Translations under genes and position numbers: made by a program
In this document: in pieces, positions 60,250 through 64,000 of the stretch
Position numbering within the stretch: position 1 is the first letter of the stretch
How the letters are laid out: every line of letters starts with the position of its first letter
Source: Candidatus Latescibacterota bacterium
GTDB lineage: Bacteria; Latescibacterota; UBA2968; GCA-2709665
Direction of reading: 5' to 3'
Assembly (NCBI GenBank): GCA_965222075.1
Contig: OZ244937.1
Location: 4,640,001-4,704,000 of the forward strand
DNA length: 64,000 nucleotides
The notes under the pieces: generated by a model
Told to the model about the DNA's origin: nothing
The model's input: only the letters and a program-made list of their open reading frames with translations
Databases searched by the model: none

Positions 60250-62580
60250 ATGCCCATCAGCAAATCGATAGGGGCTCGAATCAAGCGGCGGGAAGATCCC
60301 CGGCTGATCCAGGGCCTTGCCACCTATGTTGACGACGTCAAACTGCCCAACACGCTTCACGTGGTCATCCTCCGAAGCCCGTACGCCCATGCCCGCATCC
60401 GGAGTATCGATACGGGTGCGGCAGAAAACCATCCGGGCGTCGTGGCCGTGGTCACGGGTGAGGATATCAAAGACAAAATCGGTTCTGTCCCCTGCGCCAC
60501 CACCGATCCGGAAGGCTTTCCCGGCATCAAGGTACCGCCCCGTCCGGTCCTGGCGCAGGAAAAGGTCCGCTTCGTCGGCGAAGCCGTTGTCGCCGTCGTC
60601 GCCGATGACAAATACACCGCCCAGGATGCGGCCGACTTAGTCGAGGTCGACTATGATCCCTTAGCCGCCGTCGCCTCCGCAGAAGACGCCCTCAAGCCGG
60701 ACGCCCCTCTCCTGTACGAACAGTTTGAAACCAACCAGGCCTTCACCTGGGCGCTTGCAGGGGGCGATATTGACGCGGCCCTGCAGGAGGCGGACCGGGT
60801 CGTCAAACAGGAAATCGCCAACCAGCGGCTTGCGCCCAACGCCATCGAACCCCGGGGTGTCCTGGCCGACTTCCAGGCGGGCGACGGCCAGCTCACCCTC
60901 TGGTCTTCCACCCAGATCCCGCACCTGCTCCGCACGCAGCTCGCCGTCATGCTCAACTTCACCGAGAACCGATTGCGGGTCATCGCCCCCGAAGTGGGCG
61001 GCGGGTTCGGCAGCAAACTCAACGTCTATGCCGAAGAGGCACTCATCGGCTACCTCTCCATCCAGCTCAAACGCCCGGTCAAATGGATCGAAGGCCGCCG
61101 GGAGAACATTCTCAACACCATCCACGGCCGGGACCAGGTCGGCGAAGTCGAAGTCGCCGTCAAAAACGACGGTACCATCACCGGCCTCAAATACACCGTC
61201 ACCACCGACGTGGGCGCCTACTACCAGCTCCTCACCCCGGCCATCCCCACGCTCACCGGTCTTATGCTCTGCGGCTCCTACAAGATTCAGAACGTCTCCA
61301 TGCAGCTCGTGGCCGCATTCACCAACAAAATGGCCACCGACGCCTACCGGGGCGCGGGCCGGCCTGAGGCCACCTACCTCGTCGAGCGCATCGTCGACTG
61401 CGTTGCCGACGAACTCGACATGGACCCACTGGACGTGCGCCGGAAAAACTTCATCGGCAGCGATGAGTTCCCCTACACCACCGGCACGGCGCTGGCCTAC
61501 GACAGCGGCGACTATACCGCCGCCCTGGACAAGGCCCTCTCCATCGTTGATTACGATGCCCTGCGCAAAGAGCAGGCCGACCTCCGGGTGCAGGGCCGCT
61601 ACCTGGGCATCGGCCTCTCCACCTACGTCGAAATCTGCGGTATGGGGCCCTCTGCGGCCATGCCCGCCGGCGGATGGGAAAGCAGCACCGTGCGGGTTGA
61701 CCCCACCGGCAAGGTGACCGTATTAAGCGGCGTGTCTCCCCACGGGCAGGGCCAGGAGACCTCCTTCGCACAGATCATCGCCGACGGCCTGGGCGTGGAT
61801 ATCGACGACGTCAAAGTCGTCCACGGCGACACCGATGCCGTGCAGTACGGCATCGGCACCTTCGGCAGCCGGGCCACCGCCGTGGGAGGCGCGGCGATGG
61901 TTATGGCCATGGACAAGATCAAGGCGAAAGTCGTCAAAATCGCCGCCCACCTCTTAGAAGCCAATCCCCAGGACATCGTCCTGGAAGACGGCAAATACAT
62001 CGTCCAGGGAAACCCGGACAGCGCCCTCACCCTGGGCGATATCTCCATGACCGCGTACGTGGGCGTCAACCTGCCCCCCGACACCGACCCCGGCCTGGCG
62101 GAGTCCCACTTCTTCGAACCCTCCAATTTCACCTACCCCTTCGGCACCCACATCGCCGTTGTGGAAGTGAGTGTGGACACCGGAGAGATCGACCTCAAAC
62201 GCTACGTTGCCGTGGACGACTGCGGCAACATCATCAACCCCATGCTCGTGGAAGGCCAGCTCCACGGCGGCATCGTGCAGGGATTGAGCCAGGCCCTCTA
62301 CGAAGAGGTCGTCTACGACGAAGACGGGCAGATGCTTACCGGATCGCTCATGGACTACGCCTTGCCCAGGGCCCACAACTTCCCCAGGTTCGAACTGGAC
62401 AACACCGTCACCCCCTCGCCCGTCAACCCGATGGGGGTCAAGGGCGTGGGCGAAGCGGGCACCATCGGCTCCACCCCGGCAATCGTCAACGCCGTGGTTG
62501 ACGCCTTAAAACCCTTCGGCGTGCGGCACATCGACATGCCTCTGCGCCCTGAGAAGATCTGGAAGCTGATGCAAACCTGA
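60250..62580 (+). CDS. coxL: Molybdopterin large subunit, form II CoxL-like
   Basis: RREDPRL, GGGFGSK, active-site AYRGAGRPE, GQGQET, KGVGEAG. Confidence 0.9.
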   Translation: MPISKSIGARIKRREDPRLIQGLATYVDDVKLPNTLHVVILRSPYAHARIRSIDTGAAENHPGVVAVVTGEDIKDKIGSVPCATTDPEGFPGIKVPPRPVLAQEKVRFVGEAVVAVVADDKYTAQDAADLVEVDYDPLAAVASAEDALKPDAPLLYEQFETNQAFTWALAGGDIDAALQEADRVVKQEIANQRLAPNAIEPRGVLADFQAGDGQLTLWSSTQIPHLLRTQLAVMLNFTENRLRVIAPEVGGGFGSKLNVYAEEALIGYLSIQLKRPVKWIEGRRENILNTIHGRDQVGEVEVAVKNDGTITGLKYTVTTDVGAYYQLLTPAIPTLTGLMLCGSYKIQNVSMQLVAAFTNKMATDAYRGAGRPEATYLVERIVDCVADELDMDPLDVRRKNFIGSDEFPYTTGTALAYDSGDYTAALDKALSIVDYDALRKEQADLRVQGRYLGIGLSTYVEICGMGPSAAMPAGGWESSTVRVDPTGKVTVLSGVSPHGQGQETSFAQIIADGLGVDIDDVKVVHGDTDAVQYGIGTFGSRATAVGGAAMVMAMDKIKAKVVKIAAHLLEANPQDIVLEDGKYIVQGNPDSALTLGDISMTAYVGVNLPPDTDPGLAESHFFEPSNFTYPFGTHIAVVEVSVDTGEIDLKRYVAVDDCGNIINPMLVEGQLHGGIVQGLSQALYEEVVYDEDGQMLTGSLMDYALPRAHNFPRFELDNTVTPSPVNPMGVKGVGEAGTIGSTPAIVNAVVDALKPFGVRHIDMPLRPEKIWKLMQT

Positions 62581-62653
62581 CCCCCTGTCCCTCTTCCCTG
62601 CCTCCGAATGGTCTTGCACAAGGCCAAATTTAAAAATTCCTGGAGATAATACC

Positions 62654-63526
62654 ATGATTCCCAATGCTTTCGACTACCATGCCCCCAAAACGCTCAAAAA
62701 GGCCTTGAGCCTCCTCAAAGAGCACGGGGATGACGCCAAAGTCCTCGCCGGTGGGCACAGCCTGATTCCTCTCATGAAATTCCGCTTTGCCGACCCGGCC
62801 GTCGTCATCGACCTCGGCCGGGTCGGCGGTCTCAGCCGTATCCGGGTCTCCTACGACGGCACGGTCCACATCGGCGCGCTGTGTACGCACTATGCCATTG
62901 AAAGCTCCAGGCGCCTCAAAAGCAAGTGCCCCCTTCTGCCTGAAACCGCCGCAGAGATCGGCGACATGCAGGTCCGTAACCGGGGCACCATCGGCGGCAG
63001 CCTGGTCCACGCCGATCCCGCCGCAGACTGGCCCGCCGCAATCCTCGCCCTGAATGCCGAACTCGACATCGCCGGCGCAGACGGAACCCGCACGGTTTCG
63101 GCGGGCGGCTTCTTTGTGGACATGCTCACCACCGATGTACAGCCCGGCGAGATCCTCACCCAGATCCGCATGCCAGCGCCCCCCGAGCGTTCCGGCGGCG
63201 CGTATATCAAAATGCACCAGTCCGCCTCGGGCTTCGCCATCGCCGGGGTGGCCGCACAGGTCACGCTCGACGGCGATGGGAACTGCGCCTCTGTTGGCAT
63301 CGGCGTCACCGGCGTCTCTCCGGTGCCCTACCGGGCCGGCGCCGTGGAAGACGCTCTGCGGGGACAAAGGCCCGACGAGGCAGCCATCCAGGCCGCTTCG
63401 AAACAGGCCACCAGCGGCGTTGAGGACTTCCAGGAGGACCACCACGCCTCCGGCGACTACAGGGCGCACCTGGCAAAGGTCTTCACCCACCGGGCACTGA
63501 CAAAGGCCGTGGAACGGGCCGGATAA
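62654..63526 (+). CDS. coxM: FAD-binding medium subunit
   Basis: LAGGHSLIP, QVRNRGTIGGS, ADPAAD. Confidence 0.92.
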   Translation: MIPNAFDYHAPKTLKKALSLLKEHGDDAKVLAGGHSLIPLMKFRFADPAVVIDLGRVGGLSRIRVSYDGTVHIGALCTHYAIESSRRLKSKCPLLPETAAEIGDMQVRNRGTIGGSLVHADPAADWPAAILALNAELDIAGADGTRTVSAGGFFVDMLTTDVQPGEILTQIRMPAPPERSGGAYIKMHQSASGFAIAGVAAQVTLDGDGNCASVGIGVTGVSPVPYRAGAVEDALRGQRPDEAAIQAASKQATSGVEDFQEDHHASGDYRAHLAKVFTHRALTKAVERAG

Positions 63527-63544
63527 ACCTGAACGAGGTCTCCT

Positions 63545-64000
63545 TTGAAAATCGAAGGCACGCACACCATCAATGCACCCCCCGAACGCGTCTACGAAGT
63601 TCTTACCGATTCGGCGGTGCTCTCCCGGTGCCTGCCTGGCACTGAGAAACTCGAACTTGTGGGCGAAAACACCTACGACCTTGCCATCAGCGCAGGCGTA
63701 GGCGCCATCAAAGGGAAATACAGCGGCACCGTCCGCCTGGAAGACCTGAAGTCCCCGACCCACTACCGCATGGTCGTGGACGTCAAAGGCAAAACCGGCT
63801 TTGTGAAAGGAGAAGGCGTCGTTGACCTGGAGGCCGAAGGCGAGGGCACCCTTGTCGCCTACAGCGGCACCGTCCAGGTCGGTGGCCCGGTCGCTGCCGT
63901 GGGCCAGCGCTTGCACAAGAGCACGGCCAAAATGATGACCCGCCAGCTTTTCGGCGCCCTCGCCGCCGAGGCCACCGCCGCCCCCGGCGAAGAGGTCAAA
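63545..64000 (+). CDS. coxG: CoxG/SRPBCC family protein, partial (runs off window end)
   Basis: TTG start; MKIEGTHTINAPPERVYEVLTD..VLSRCLPG...VGGPVAAVGQRL. Confidence 0.85.
   Translation, partial: MKIEGTHTINAPPERVYEVLTDSAVLSRCLPGTEKLELVGENTYDLAISAGVGAIKGKYSGTVRLEDLKSPTHYRMVVDVKGKTGFVKGEGVVDLEAEGEGTLVAYSGTVQVGGPVAAVGQRLHKSTAKMMTRQLFGALAAEATAAPGEEVK

Noticed and set aside
1-64000. CRISPR array, tRNA, rRNA, integrase or transposase
   Set aside because: No regularly spaced repeats, RNA gene signatures or recombinase motifs were seen

Overview
GC-rich bacterial window, by gene content probably from an FCB-group lineage such as Latescibacterota (inference from PorV-family, GWxTD, DUF6785-type and LRR/EF-hand proteins). 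0.5-18.7 kb is a + strand catabolic cluster of amide/ester/cyclic-amide hydrolases, a frameshifted long-type GAPDH, oxidoreductases and racemases. 18.8-37.8 kb is a - strand catabolic/transport region with two paralogous DUF6785-like membrane proteins, GGT, a PHP-type hydrolase, a heparinase II/III-like protein, a homocysteine methyltransferase and several gene scars. A 422-bp MITE with perfect TIRs and an 8-bp target duplication sits in a hairpin repeat at 24 kb. 38-52.5 kb is an outer-membrane operon: OMP, TonB receptor, T9SS-CTD-like protein, PorV-like protein, two GWxTD/TPR proteins and an LRR protein. It is followed by lacI, ssb, cysK, an AT-rich DUF3800 gene with a convergent promoter-hairpin-terminator small-RNA candidate, NUDIX/lptE/DUF1844/dsbA and a form II coxSLMG cluster. 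The strongest candidates for undescribed biology are the DUF3800 plus small RNA pair, a second orphan small RNA unit at 52.7 kb, and the TonB/PorV/GWxTD envelope operon. Family assignments come from motif recognition only; no searches were run.
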